A stretch of 64,000 nt of DNA from an uncultured Collinsella sp. (GCA_902491345.1 CABUHI010000004.1:33306-97305), one strand, 5' to 3'. Positions 10,962-21,427 are shown, numbered from the stretch's first letter. The notes: generated by a model from the letters alone, not told the origin. Program-made: numbers and translations.

Positions 10962-10967
10962 CTATCC

Positions 10968-11065
10968 CTACTCATTGGGGACAGACTTAAATGAGTAGTC
11001 GTTGGGGACGTTCTAGTGGCACATGGGGGACAGTCTCTATGTGCCGGCAGTTTGGGACGGTCCTT
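10968..11065. repeat. Cluster of REP-like hairpins with GGGAC(A/G)G loop motif
   Basis: CTACTCATT-ggggacagactta-AATGAGTAG (10968-10998), GGCACAT-gggggacagtctct-ATGTGCC (11018-11045), plus two further TTGGG(G)ACG copies. Confidence 0.6.
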
Positions 11066-11342
11066 TGATGTCTGATGCCCCCAGAGGGGTGGAGTGATAC
11101 GGCCTACTCTGTCTTTTATGGCTATGGTGTTCTGCCCCTTTATGTTTCATAAGGATCGTTATATGCGCATTTACGCGCATGTCATTGCGCGATAATGCGT
11201 GTACTCGCGTATACATGTGCAAATAATGGCTAAATGATGACCGATAAGCAAATAAACACGCAAATACGAGCAGATACGCGCGCAATTGTGCGAATATAGG
11301 GTTGTTAGAAATGAAGGACTTCCGATGATTCAGGAGGCACAT

Positions 11343-12422
11343 ATGGCAGATTCCAAGCAGGCTCCACTCGACTCCGCGGCAGCCGCAAAAGCAGCGTTCG
11401 CTTCGGTCCAGGACAAGCCATTCCCCGATGATATCTTTACGGCTCCCGAGCTTCGCTGGGCTGTGATCGGGTGCGGCGTTATCGCCAACCAGATGGCCCA
11501 GTCTCTCGCCCTTGCCGGCCGCAAGCTCGCGGGTGTTGCCAACCGTACGCTGTCCAAGGCTCAGGCTTTTGCCGAGCAGTATGGCGTTGAAAAGGTCTAT
11601 GACACGGTTGAGGATCTCTACGCCGATCCGAACATTGACGCGGTCTATATCACCACCCCGCACAACACTCACATCACCTACCTGCGAGCCGCTCTGGCAG
11701 CTGGTAAGCACGTGCTCTGCGAAAAGGCCGTTACCCTCAATTCCGCCGAGCTTGACGAGGCCCGCGCCATTGCCGACGAGCACAACGTGGTCCTTATGGA
11801 CGCCACCACGGTGCTTCACATGCCCTTGTATCAGGAGCTGCGTCGTCGCATGGATGCTGGCGAGTTCGGTCGCATTAACCTCGCTCAGCTCAACTTTGGC
11901 AGCTACAAGGAGTACGGCGATCTGACCAATCGCTTCTACAACCGCAACCTTGCTGGTGGCGCTATGCTCGACATTGGCGTATACGCGCTTTCCGTCATGC
12001 GTCTCTTTATGGCAAGCCAGCCCGCTGAGGTTGTCTCGCTGGGCAACACCTGCGAGACCGGCGTTGACGTTGCGGGCGGCATCGTTTGTCGTAATGCCGA
12101 ACAGCAGCTGGGCGTCGTGAGCCTCACGCTCCACTCCAAGCAGCCCAAGCGCTCGGTCATCAGCTTCGACAAGTGCTATATCGAGGTCAACGATTATCCG
12201 CGTGCCGATCACGCGACCATCGTGTGGACTGCGGACGGCCGCCGCGAGGAGGTCCACGCCGGCACCGAGGCTTACGCCCTTTGCTATGAGATGGCCGATC
12301 TTGAGAAGGCCGTTGCCGGCGACGACTCCAAGCGTGAGCTGCTGGATTATGCTTCTGATGTTATGGAGCTTATGACCAAGCTTCGCGCCGACTGGGGAGT
12401 CGTGTACCCCGAGGAGGAGTAA
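11343..12422 (+). CDS. Gfo/Idh/MocA family oxidoreductase
   Basis: WAVIGCGVIA Rossmann motif, GKHVLCEK, GGAMLDIGVY; ATG after AGGAGG. Confidence 0.92.
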   Translation: MADSKQAPLDSAAAAKAAFASVQDKPFPDDIFTAPELRWAVIGCGVIANQMAQSLALAGRKLAGVANRTLSKAQAFAEQYGVEKVYDTVEDLYADPNIDAVYITTPHNTHITYLRAALAAGKHVLCEKAVTLNSAELDEARAIADEHNVVLMDATTVLHMPLYQELRRRMDAGEFGRINLAQLNFGSYKEYGDLTNRFYNRNLAGGAMLDIGVYALSVMRLFMASQPAEVVSLGNTCETGVDVAGGIVCRNAEQQLGVVSLTLHSKQPKRSVISFDKCYIEVNDYPRADHATIVWTADGRREEVHAGTEAYALCYEMADLEKAVAGDDSKRELLDYASDVMELMTKLRADWGVVYPEEE

Positions 12423-12425
12423 GCG

Positions 12426-13172
12426 ATGCTTGCGGAAGATAGGCTCAACGCGATTGTGTCGATGGTGCGGCAGACGGGCTCGGTTACCGTACCGGAGCTT
12501 GCTGAGGCCCTGGGCGTGACGGCGTCCACCATTCGGCGCGACCTGCAGGCGCTCGACCGCGCACACCGCATCGCCAAGGTCCACGGCGGAGCGACGAGCC
12601 TTGAGCGCGCGCACGTGACACGCGACCTAACGCTTAATGAGCGCAGCGATCTCCATAACGACGACAAGGAGCGTATCTGCGCCCGTGCGGCGGCGCTGGT
12701 GGAGCCCGAGAGCTTTGTGTACATTGATTCGGGCTCGACGACGCTCAGGCTCATCGAGCATCTTCCGCGCCTCGAGGGTGTCACCTACGTGACCGACTCC
12801 GTGCTCCATGCTCAGCACCTTGCTTTGCGCGGCATGCGCACCGTGGTGCTGGGCGGCGAGCTCAAGCCCGAGACCGAGGCGCTGGTTGGCCCCGATGCCT
12901 TGGCAACCCTGGACCGTTACAACTTCAACTGTGGCTTTTGGGGGTCCAACGGCATTGCTGCCGAGCAAGGTTTCACGGCGCCCGATATCGAGGAAGCGCA
13001 GGTTAAGCGCATCTCTATGCGCCATACGGCCAAGCGCTTTGTAATCTCAGACGCCAGTAAATTTGGCATGGTGGCGCCCGTCAAGTTCGCGGACTTCCGC
13101 GACGCAACGATTATCACTGCGGGCGAGGTCCCCGCCAAGTACCGGGCAATGGACAACGTCATCACTGTCTAA
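12426..13172 (+). CDS. DeoR/GlpR family transcriptional regulator
   Basis: STIRRDL HTH, KVHGGA, IDSGSTT. Confidence 0.95.
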   Translation: MLAEDRLNAIVSMVRQTGSVTVPELAEALGVTASTIRRDLQALDRAHRIAKVHGGATSLERAHVTRDLTLNERSDLHNDDKERICARAAALVEPESFVYIDSGSTTLRLIEHLPRLEGVTYVTDSVLHAQHLALRGMRTVVLGGELKPETEALVGPDALATLDRYNFNCGFWGSNGIAAEQGFTAPDIEEAQVKRISMRHTAKRFVISDASKFGMVAPVKFADFRDATIITAGEVPAKYRAMDNVITV

Positions 13173-13187
13173 CAGCGAGACAAGGCC

Positions 13188-13226
13188 AAAACCACCACGA
13201 AGGTGCCTGTCCCCATTGTGGTGGTT
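13188..13226. repeat. REP-like hairpin, copy 1
   Basis: AAAACCACCACGAAGGTGCCTGTCCCCATTGTGGTGGTT; 38/39 identical to 13477-13515. Confidence 0.85.
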
Positions 13227-13256
13227 AGTAACGAAAACCGAGTAGTTTTCTCAATA

Positions 13257-13294
13257 GAAAAGCGGCAACGTCCATCACGGGCGTTGCCGCTTTC
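13257..13294. terminator. Bidirectional terminator between convergent deoR-like and rluA-like genes
   Basis: AAAGCGGCAACG...CGTTGCCGCTTT stem flanked by A and T tracts. Confidence 0.75.
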
Positions 13295-13316
13295 GTTGTC
13301 TGCCGGTTTGTCTAAG

Positions 13317-13449
13317 TCTGTAACAGCTGGACCGTTAAAAGTGGGCTAGGTGTTACAGATTGAGATTTTCCCTTAAGGGGGATTTGAATGTCTCGATCTG
13401 TAACAGATAGACCGGAAAATGGGTTCTAACTGTTACAGATCGAGACATT
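13317..13449. repeat. Two tandem palindromic units (TCTGTAACA...TGTTACAGA), 80-bp spacing
   Basis: Unit 2 (13387-13449) has perfect 20-bp arms AATGTCTCGATCTGTAACAG / CTGTTACAGATCGAGACATT. Confidence 0.8.
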
Positions 13450-13476
13450 TTGGGACCGCGGTTGAACCATTGCGGC

Positions 13477-13515
13477 AAAACCACCACAAAGGTGCCTGTC
13501 CCCATTGTGGTGGTT
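13477..13515. repeat. REP-like hairpin, copy 2
   Basis: Direct repeat of 13188-13226, abutting the rluA-like stop codon. Confidence 0.85.
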
Positions 13516-14174
13516 TAGGGCTCCCAGGGGCAGGGGGCTTCGATGTGGATGTGCTCGCCGGTTACGGGATGCGTGAAGGACACGCTGTGGGCGTGGAGCA
13601 TCAGGCCGCAGGGGCGCGGCGTTCCGTACAGGTCGTCGCCAACCAGGGGATGACGCTCGCTCGCCAGATGCACGCGGATTTGGTGCTTGCGGCCGGTGAG
13701 CAGCTCGACATCGATAAACGAGCGCGTGGGCAGGCCACGACGGCTCTTGAGGCGCTTGAGCACCTTCACGCGCGTTTGAGACGGCTTGCCGCTGGCGCCG
13801 ACGCGCATCTTGCGGCTGTCGTGACGGTCGCGGGCGATGGGCTTGTCGATGAGCTTCTCGTTCCAGTCGATCTTGCCCTCGGCGAGCGCCAGGTAGTGCT
13901 TTTCGAAAGCGTGGTCGATAATCATCTGGTCAAAGGCGGGCTGCGTCTGCTTGTCGAGCGAGAACAGCACCACGCCGGTGGTGTCACGGTCCAGGCGATT
14001 GAGCGGCTGCATGTCGGTCGCGGCAAAGCCGTCGCCCATCGCCAGCAGCAGGTCGCTGGCGTAGTCGGTGAGCGTGCGCTCGCCGGTGCCGTCGCCGTGG
14101 ACGATCATGCCGGCGGGCTTGTCGATGGCCATAAGCCAGGCGTCGCAGTAGAGGACTTGAGGTTCTTCGTTCAC
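13515..14174 (-). CDS. RluA family pseudouridine synthase
   Basis: IDKPAG, NRLDRDTTG (catalytic Asp), TGRKHQIRVH, LVGDDLYG. Confidence 0.93.
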   Translation of the reverse strand: MNEEPQVLYCDAWLMAIDKPAGMIVHGDGTGERTLTDYASDLLLAMGDGFAATDMQPLNRLDRDTTGVVLFSLDKQTQPAFDQMIIDHAFEKHYLALAEGKIDWNEKLIDKPIARDRHDSRKMRVGASGKPSQTRVKVLKRLKSRRGLPTRSFIDVELLTGRKHQIRVHLASERHPLVGDDLYGTPRPCGLMLHAHSVSFTHPVTGEHIHIEAPCPWEP

Positions 14175-14189
14175 GTGTAAGCCTTTCGG

Positions 14190-16682
14190 TTAGCTAATTC
14201 CCACAAACATGCAGCCCGAAGTCGCTCCGCGCAGACGGGCGGCGGGCTTACGGCCGGCTTGAGCCGCCTCGACGGCGCGACGGACGCGAGCGACGGCACG
14301 GCCAATCTCATCGGCCTCGAGCAGGGTTCCGTCGACCATAAGATGACGGACGCCGGCGTCGAGCAACTGCGGTACCTGCGGCGTGAGGTCGATGGGGTAG
14401 GCGTCGTACAGGCGTGAGCGGCCGTGGATGTCGGTACGCACCGGCATGATCTTGCCGTCGATATTCTTGAGCGAGAGCTTGCGGGCGCGCAGGCGGCAGT
14501 TAGCGCAATCGTGGATGCAGCCATTGGCCACCTGCAGGATGCAGTGCTCGCTCGTCATAACGCGCGGGCGGCCAAAGACGGTGATGCCCAGAGCCGCGGG
14601 CGCGGCGGCGCCGAGCGAGACAATCTCGTCGAGTGTGATCTCGGGCGAGAGCCAAAACGCACCGGCTCCGCGCTCGGCAAGCGCCTCCATGCAGGGCGTG
14701 TTGTGCGCCGGCAGGCAAGAGCGAATCTCGGCCGTGGCGCCGGCATGAGCGGCTACGGCGAGCTCGGAGATATTGCCGACGGCGACGGTGGCTCCGGCAT
14801 TGATCCAAGGATCGACGCGCTCGTGGTCGACGGCGCGGCAGACCTCGTCGAGTACGGGCACGATACCCTGCTCAAATGCATCGGCAGGGGAGAGTCCGAC
14901 AGCCTCGAGCGCGTCGGTGGTCATATAGATGCGCGTTGCACTCTCCGCGCGGGCTGCCTCGGCGGCCTCGAGCGAGGTGACGGTGGCGCAGATTTGCGGC
15001 TCGTCGCGGTAGTGCTTGGGCATGGGGCGCGTACATTTGTCGAGCACCGGCAACTCGAGCGTTTTTGCGCGCTCCTCGTACGGTGCCAGAATGGCCTCTT
15101 CCAGCGCCTTACAAGCGGCGGCGCGCACCTTGTGCACAGCGGAGAAGCCCATGCCGCAGCCCTTATCGAGCGCCACATCAAAGCTCGCGGACTCAAAGGG
15201 CGAGGACCCCATGCGGCCCACATGCTCTACCAGATCGGACGCCTCGACCGCGCGGGTCTTGGCGGCCTCGACGGTAAAGCCCGTGGCCGTGGCCGTAAGC
15301 GAAGGGTCGTCGCAGCAGGTGAGCGTAACGGTAAACGGCTCGCCCAGACGCGCCACAACGGACACGTCTACGGCGCGGCGGCGCAGCACATCGCGCTTGA
15401 GCGCGGCGCCGGCGGCGTCGATGGCACGCTGGCTGCGAATCACGCGGACGCGGCAGCCCTCGGGCATGCTGCGGGGCACGCGACATTCGATGATGTCACC
15501 GGCGGCGGCATCATCGGTAGCGATAGTGGTTAGGAACTGATCGAACTCGTCGTCGTGGCGAAGTTCCAACAAGTCGCCCTTGCCCACGGGCTCAAACAGC
15601 TCAATGCGGGCGATGGCGGCACGGCGACGGCGGTCGTCGGGCTTGAGGCCGCGCACGTCGCGGTTGGCCAGGCGGCTGCCCAGCACCGTGCCCACAATCT
15701 GGCCGCGGTTGTTGGAGCGCTCGTAACTCATCATCTCGTCGCCCGAGGTGCCATCCTGGTAGGCGTGCGTAAAGTCGCGATTAAAGCAGCGCTTGAGCTG
15801 GCGCTGGCGGGCTGCATCCTCATCCTTGGAGGTCGAAACATCGGCCAGCATGTCATCAATCTGATGACGATACACGTCGACGATGGAATACACGTAATCG
15901 GGTGCCTTCATGCGTCCTTCGAGCTTGAGCGATGCGGCGCCGGCGTCATACAGACGGCGAACAAGCTGCGAAGTGTTGGTGTCGCGCGGGCACAGCGCGC
16001 GCTCGCGACCGGCAGGGGAGAGCGAGCGGCCGTTCTCGTCGATCAGCTCGTAGGGCAGGCGGCAGGGCTGGGCGCACATGCCGCGGTTGGCCGATCGTCC
16101 CGCCATGGCAAAGCTCGAAAGCAGGCACAGGCCCGAGTAGCAAAAGCAGATGGCGCCATGGCTAAAGACCTCAAGGTCCACATCGGGCGCGGCGTCGTGG
16201 ATGGCGGCGATCTCGTCGATGGAGAGCTCGCGCGAGAGAGTCACACGGTCGGCGCCCTGCTCACGGCACCAAAGGGTTCCGCGGTCGTCATGGATGTTCG
16301 CCTGGGTCGAGATGTGCGTCTCGATGCCGGGCATGGTGCGCTTGACCTCAAAGAACAGACCCCAGTCCTGGATAATGAAGGCATCGGCGCCCAGCGTGGA
16401 GCAGCGACGGATGAGTTGCAGCGCATCGCTCATCTCGGACTGCTTGATGACGATGTTTACCGTGACGTAGACGCGCGACCCGGCTAGATGCGCGGCGCGG
16501 CAGGCTTGCTCAAAGGCCTCGTCGGTAAAGTTGGTTGCCTTGCGGCGGGCGTTGAAGCTGCCCATGCCGCAGTAGATGGCGTCTGCCCCGGCGGCGAGCG
16601 CGGCGGCAAAGGGCTCCGGGCCTCCGGCGGGGGCCAAAAGCTCGGGCCTGCGGTTAGTGGTTCGGCTGGCGGTTGCGGTCAT
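14190..16682 (-). CDS. U32 peptidase family protein, long RlhA-like form (probable RNA hydroxylation)
   Basis: PELLAPAG, HISTQ, HGAICFCYSGLC, SANRGMCAQPCR, LKLEGRMK; C-terminal extension. Confidence 0.9.
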   Translation of the reverse strand: MTATASRTTNRRPELLAPAGGPEPFAAALAAGADAIYCGMGSFNARRKATNFTDEAFEQACRAAHLAGSRVYVTVNIVIKQSEMSDALQLIRRCSTLGADAFIIQDWGLFFEVKRTMPGIETHISTQANIHDDRGTLWCREQGADRVTLSRELSIDEIAAIHDAAPDVDLEVFSHGAICFCYSGLCLLSSFAMAGRSANRGMCAQPCRLPYELIDENGRSLSPAGRERALCPRDTNTSQLVRRLYDAGAASLKLEGRMKAPDYVYSIVDVYRHQIDDMLADVSTSKDEDAARQRQLKRCFNRDFTHAYQDGTSGDEMMSYERSNNRGQIVGTVLGSRLANRDVRGLKPDDRRRRAAIARIELFEPVGKGDLLELRHDDEFDQFLTTIATDDAAAGDIIECRVPRSMPEGCRVRVIRSQRAIDAAGAALKRDVLRRRAVDVSVVARLGEPFTVTLTCCDDPSLTATATGFTVEAAKTRAVEASDLVEHVGRMGSSPFESASFDVALDKGCGMGFSAVHKVRAAACKALEEAILAPYEERAKTLELPVLDKCTRPMPKHYRDEPQICATVTSLEAAEAARAESATRIYMTTDALEAVGLSPADAFEQGIVPVLDEVCRAVDHERVDPWINAGATVAVGNISELAVAAHAGATAEIRSCLPAHNTPCMEALAERGAGAFWLSPEITLDEIVSLGAAAPAALGITVFGRPRVMTSEHCILQVANGCIHDCANCRLRARKLSLKNIDGKIMPVRTDIHGRSRLYDAYPIDLTPQVPQLLDAGVRHLMVDGTLLEADEIGRAVARVRRAVEAAQAGRKPAARLRGATSGCMFVGIS

Positions 16683-16864
16683 ATCCTGCCTTTCAAAATG
16701 CTCAGATATTCAAAAGTATAGTGGCGTCGCTGCGATGGACGATGCCCGCAGCCTAAGCAGGACAAAGTCTTCAGCAGCTTGGACTGGCTGCTCCACATGA
16801 GAACCGTTCAGCGGTTCGGGGAAACCGTTGGGCGATAAAATATTCTCGCAAGCTGATAATATTC

Positions 16865-16893
16865 TTGCATCAAACAGAAACCTTGAGTACTAT
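16865..16893 (+). promoter_or_regulatory. Putative sigma-70 promoter of the Rid gene
   Basis: TTGCAT-17 bp-TACTAT, preceded by AT-rich GATAAAATATTCTC / GATAATATTCTTG motifs. Confidence 0.6.
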
Positions 16894-16982
16894 CCCAATC
16901 AAGCGCGGTGTTCAGACCGAACTGTGCCTCCCGGTGTGAACACCGCGCTCACGCTCTCTCAATTGATCGTAAGGAGAAAAAC

Positions 16983-17360
16983 ATGAGCAAGACCGTCGTG
17001 TCTTCCGATAACGCACCCGCAGCCATCGGCCCGTATTCCCCCGGTATCCAGGCCGACAACATGGTGTTCCTGTCCGGCCAGCTGGGCATCGATCCCGCGA
17101 CCGGCAAGATGCCCGAGGGCGTCGAGGCCCAGGCCAAGCAGTCCCTCGCCAACGTCGAGGCCCTGCTGACCGCTGCCGGCGCTACCTTTGCCGATGTCGT
17201 CAAGACCACGGTCTACCTGGCCGACATCGCCGACTTCGCCGCCGTGAACGAGATCTACGCCTCCAAGTTTGAGGCCCCGTTCCCCGCGCGCAGCGCCTTC
17301 CAGGTTGCCGCCCTTCCGGCTGGCGGTCTGGTCGAGATCGAGGTCGTTGCCGCTCTCTAA
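16983..17360 (+). CDS. ridA: RidA family enamine/imine deaminase
   Basis: APAAIGPYS, SGQLG, VVKTTVYL, PARSAFQVAALP..LVEIE. Confidence 0.92.
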   Translation: MSKTVVSSDNAPAAIGPYSPGIQADNMVFLSGQLGIDPATGKMPEGVEAQAKQSLANVEALLTAAGATFADVVKTTVYLADIADFAAVNEIYASKFEAPFPARSAFQVAALPAGGLVEIEVVAAL

Positions 17361-17389
17361 GGCGTTGGCCACAACTAAACATGACATGC

Positions 17390-17431
17390 AAAAAGACCCT
17401 GCAGCGCGTGCGAGCTGCAGGGTCTTTTGTT
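17390..17431. terminator. Bidirectional terminator
   Basis: AAAAGACCCTGCAGC...GCTGCAGGGTCTTTT between convergent genes. Confidence 0.85.
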
Positions 17432-17472
17432 AAGTGACGGATCGCTTGTGGAGCCGCGCTTCATTTTGCTCG

Positions 17473-18129
17473 TTAGCCTTCCTTTCGGACTTTTTGCAGG
17501 TAGCGGTAGACGCTGGGCTCCGAGATGCCCAGCGCGGTGGCGGCGCAGGCAACAGCGCCCTTGAGCATGAACACCCCGTTGCCGTTGAGGTGGCGAATGA
17601 CGTCCACGCGGTCGCTCTGACCAAGCGACGCTACATCCAGCCCACGCGCGCTCAGCAACTCGGCAATGCTGCGGTCGATGAGCTCCTGTGTGGACTCCGA
17701 AAGGCTTTCGACCTCGATAGGGGCGGGCTCCGTGCGCGTTGGCGCCGCGTCGAAGCACGCCATGAGCTGCTGCGCCATGGCGTTGATGGAGCGTACGGTC
17801 GAGAGGTCGGTGTTGACGCAGAGCATACCGACGATCTCGTCATTCTCGCGGATAAAGTACGTCGCTGACTCCAACGTCTTGCCTCCGGCGCCGCGGCCCT
17901 CGTAGCCCGTAATAAACGGCAGGTCGCGATACTTGGCGTCGTGCATGATCTTGAGTGCCAGATCGGTGGCGGGACCGCCGACCTTGCGGCCGCTCACGAT
18001 GCCGTTGCGAATATCGACGATGGCGTGGTCGGGATCCGAGAAATCGTGCAGCACGATTTCGCTGTTTTTGCCGAGTATCTGCTCCAGAAAATCGACCATC
18101 GGCAAAAAGCGACGTACGGTCTCGTTCAC
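17473..18129 (-). CDS. YheO-like PAS + HTH transcriptional regulator (copy 1)
   Basis: SEIVLHD, NGIVSGRKVGGP, GMLCVNTD, GVFMLKGAV, SVYRYL; GTG after AAGGAG. Confidence 0.9.
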   Translation of the reverse strand: MNETVRRFLPMVDFLEQILGKNSEIVLHDFSDPDHAIVDIRNGIVSGRKVGGPATDLALKIMHDAKYRDLPFITGYEGRGAGGKTLESATYFIRENDEIVGMLCVNTDLSTVRSINAMAQQLMACFDAAPTRTEPAPIEVESLSESTQELIDRSIAELLSARGLDVASLGQSDRVDVIRHLNGNGVFMLKGAVACAATALGISEPSVYRYLQKVRKEG

Positions 18130-18481
18130 GGGCAACTCCTTTGGGTGAAATCGGAAATGTTCATAACAATTTTTTCTCATGGTAACACGCTGCCCATCAT
18201 CTCGTATATCCGCAGGTACATTGCGTAATGCAGACGAACGGTAGGAATTTAGCGGTAAACGGTTGACCAAAAGAAATGTTAGATGTTATTTTGACCAGAC
18301 ACTTTCCTGACCTGCGGAAATGCGTAATTTCAGCTGAAGAATAGTCTGATAACAAAAAATTATTATTGAGAATGAGAATCATCTTTAATACGATATGCAA
18401 TGAAGGCACAACCTCAACCCCGCACTGCGTCACAATAGAGCGTTAGATGCGAAAACAACTACTTCGAGGATTGGTGGTCAA

Positions 18482-19876
18482 ATGACCCAGGAGACGGTTA
18501 CGAACGGCACTGAAGCCCTGTTCACTCGCGAAGGCATGCCTCCCGTTAAGGAAATGATCCCGTGTGCCCTTCAGCACGTACTGGCATCGTTTGCCGGCAT
18601 CATTACCCCGGCGGTCATCATGGCCGGCGTCTACGGCTTTAATAGCCAGCAGAGCACCGACATCATCCAGGTCGCGCTCATTCTTTCGGCGATCGATACG
18701 GCCCTTCAGGCCTTCGCTCCCTTCCGTCGCATCGGCGGCGGCCTGCCCATCGTCATGGGCGTTTCGTTCGCGTTCCTGCCGGCCCTGCAGGCCATGGGTG
18801 CCTCGGGCTTTAGCTTTGGTGCACTGCTGGGCGGCGAGATCGTCGGCGGCGCCGTCGCGGTCCTCTTTGGTCTGGCCTACAGCAAGATCAAGTGGCTGTT
18901 CCCGCCCGTCGTGACCGGTACGGTCATCTTCTCCATCGGCGTTTCGCTGTATCCCACGGCCGTCAAGTATATGGCCGGCGGTATGGGTACGCCGCTATGG
19001 GGCACCCCGCAGGCCTGGTGCGTCGCTCTTATCACCTTCGCCGTGGTCTTTGCGCTCGCCAACTTTGGCAAGGGCACGCTCAAGCTGGGATCCGTGTTCT
19101 TTGGCATGATCGTTGGCATGATCGTCTCCATCCCCTTTGGCATGATCGACTTCTCCAGCGTCGCCACCGCTCAGGTCTTCGCCCTTCCCAAGCTCATGCC
19201 CTACGCGCTCGAGTTTGATCCCGAGGTCTGCATTACCCTCGCCGTCGTGTTCCCCATGGTTGCTATCCAGGTTATCGGTGACGTCTCCGCCGCCTGCCTG
19301 GGCTCCATCGACCGTATGCCCACCGAGCGCGAGCTCTCCGGCGCCATCGTGTCCCAGGGCCTTACCTCTATGGTCGGCGGCCTGCTGGGCGGTCTTCCCA
19401 CCAGCGCCCTTGGCCAGAACGTGGGCATCATCTGCTCCAACAAGGTCGTCAACAAGTGGGTCTTTGTGATCATCGCGGCCGTCTTTGCCATCGCCGGTCT
19501 GTTCCCGCAGCTCTCTGCCGTCCTTTCCGCTATCCCGCAGCCCGTCATCGGCGGCGCGACCGTCGGCGTCTTTGGCACCATCACCATGAACGGCGTGCGC
19601 ATGTTCACCCGCGAGGGCCTCACGCAGCGCACTACCACTATCGTCGGCACCTCCGTCGTCTTTGGCCTGGGTATCTGGATGGCCAGCGGTTGCCTTGCCG
19701 GCGAGGGTATGCCCGCCTGGGTGTCCACCGTCATCGGCTCCAATGCCGTAACCCCCACCGCCATCATGGCCATTGTCCTTAACCTGATCCTTCCGCAGAC
19801 GCCGGTCGTGGCTCAGCACATCGATGCTGCCAAGGACGCTGCCGTGGATCTGGTCTTGCCCGAGAGCAAGAAGTAA
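18482..19876 (+). CDS. NCS2 (xanthine/urate/uracil) permease
   Basis: LQHVLA, LPIVMGVSFAF, FPPVVTG, QNVG signature. Confidence 0.93.
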   Translation: MTQETVTNGTEALFTREGMPPVKEMIPCALQHVLASFAGIITPAVIMAGVYGFNSQQSTDIIQVALILSAIDTALQAFAPFRRIGGGLPIVMGVSFAFLPALQAMGASGFSFGALLGGEIVGGAVAVLFGLAYSKIKWLFPPVVTGTVIFSIGVSLYPTAVKYMAGGMGTPLWGTPQAWCVALITFAVVFALANFGKGTLKLGSVFFGMIVGMIVSIPFGMIDFSSVATAQVFALPKLMPYALEFDPEVCITLAVVFPMVAIQVIGDVSAACLGSIDRMPTERELSGAIVSQGLTSMVGGLLGGLPTSALGQNVGIICSNKVVNKWVFVIIAAVFAIAGLFPQLSAVLSAIPQPVIGGATVGVFGTITMNGVRMFTREGLTQRTTTIVGTSVVFGLGIWMASGCLAGEGMPAWVSTVIGSNAVTPTAIMAIVLNLILPQTPVVAQHIDAAKDAAVDLVLPESKK

Positions 19877-20071
19877 CCAATTCGGTGCTATTCGTCGGCG
19901 GACGCATCGCCTCGTCCGCCGACGCCATGCGGCGCCAAGCCGCACTTCAAAGGGTTTGTCCCTTTGGTGAAGCGTTGACGGGAGAGGGCCCGTTTCCGGT
20001 GTAGGCCGGCGCTTCGCACTCCGCCATGTCAGAGGTGTCAAACCCCGCCTCTGATGTTGAAGGGAGCATCC

Positions 20072-21427
20072 ATGCTTCTGGTCGCTAACGGTTCCGTCTT
20101 TACCCGCAACGCTCAGACCCCGTTCATTCCAAACGGTGCGGTCGCCATTGACGGAGATACGATCGTCGAAGTGGGCCCCGAACGCGAGCTCAAGGCCAAG
20201 TACCCGGATGCCGAGTACGTCGATGCCCGGGGCAACCTCATCATGCCCGGACTCATCAACTGCCACACCCACATCTACTCGGGTCTGGCCCGCGGCCTTG
20301 CCATTAAGGGCTGCAACCCCACCAACTTCCTGGAGAATCTCGAGCAGCAGTGGTGGAAGATCGACGACAATCTGACGCTCGACGGCACCAAGGCCAGCGC
20401 CTATGCCACGATTTTGGACTCTATCCGCGATGGCGTCACCACGATCTTCGATCACCATGCGAGCTTCTGCGAGATCCCGGGAAGCCTCTTTACCATTAAG
20501 GATGCAGCTCAGGAGCTGGGCATGCGTTCGTGCCTGTGCTACGAGGTCTCCGATCGCCGCGGCCAGGAAAAATGCGACCAGGCCATTGCCGAGAACGCCG
20601 AATTTGCCCAGTGGGCCGCCAAGGAGCGTCGCGATAACGACAACCACATGATCGCCGCCATGTTTGGCGGTCACGCCACCTTTACGCTGTCGGACGAGAC
20701 CATGGACAAGATGGCCGAGGCCAACAACGGCCTGACCGGCTTCCACATCCACGTGTGCGAGGGCATGAACGACGTGTGGGATTCCCGCCTCAACCGCGGA
20801 GGCATCAGTCCCGTCGAGCGCCTGCTGCAGCACAACCTGCTGGGTCCTGACACCATGCTGGGCCACTGCATCCACGTGACGCCTGCCGAGATGGATATCG
20901 TCAAGGAGTCCGGCACCTGGCTCGTCAACAACCCCGAATCCAATATGGGTAACGCCGTGGGCTGCGCCCCCGTGCTCGAGTTCTTCCGCCGCGGCATCCC
21001 CGTGTGCATGGGCACCGACGCCTACACCCACGACATGCTCGAGAGCCTTAAGGTCTTCCTGATCATTCAGCGTCACAACGCCGCCATGCCCAACGTGGGC
21101 TGGTGCGAGGCCATGACCATGCTGTTCGAGAACAACGCCAAGATGGCGAGCAAGTACTTCGATCGCAAGCTCGGTGTGCTCGAGGCCGGCGCTGCCGCCG
21201 ACGTCATCGTCATGGACTACAAGCCCTTTACGCCGCTGAGCGAGGAGAATATCGACGGCCACATGCTCTTTGGCATGATGGGCAAAAACTGCCGCACCAC
21301 CATCATCAACGGCCGCGTCCTGTACAAGGATCGCGAGTTTGTCGGTATTGATGAGGACAAGATCAACGCGTGGACCATGGCTGAGTCCAAGAAGCTCTGG
21401 AGCACGCTCAACGATCGCGCCTACTAA
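20072..21427 (+). CDS. ssnA: Putative aminohydrolase SsnA
   Basis: PGLINCHTHIYSGLARG, GVTTIFDHHAS, NNPESNMGNAVG; cluster context. Confidence 0.93.
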   Translation: MLLVANGSVFTRNAQTPFIPNGAVAIDGDTIVEVGPERELKAKYPDAEYVDARGNLIMPGLINCHTHIYSGLARGLAIKGCNPTNFLENLEQQWWKIDDNLTLDGTKASAYATILDSIRDGVTTIFDHHASFCEIPGSLFTIKDAAQELGMRSCLCYEVSDRRGQEKCDQAIAENAEFAQWAAKERRDNDNHMIAAMFGGHATFTLSDETMDKMAEANNGLTGFHIHVCEGMNDVWDSRLNRGGISPVERLLQHNLLGPDTMLGHCIHVTPAEMDIVKESGTWLVNNPESNMGNAVGCAPVLEFFRRGIPVCMGTDAYTHDMLESLKVFLIIQRHNAAMPNVGWCEAMTMLFENNAKMASKYFDRKLGVLEAGAAADVIVMDYKPFTPLSEENIDGHMLFGMMGKNCRTTIINGRVLYKDREFVGIDEDKINAWTMAESKKLWSTLNDRAY

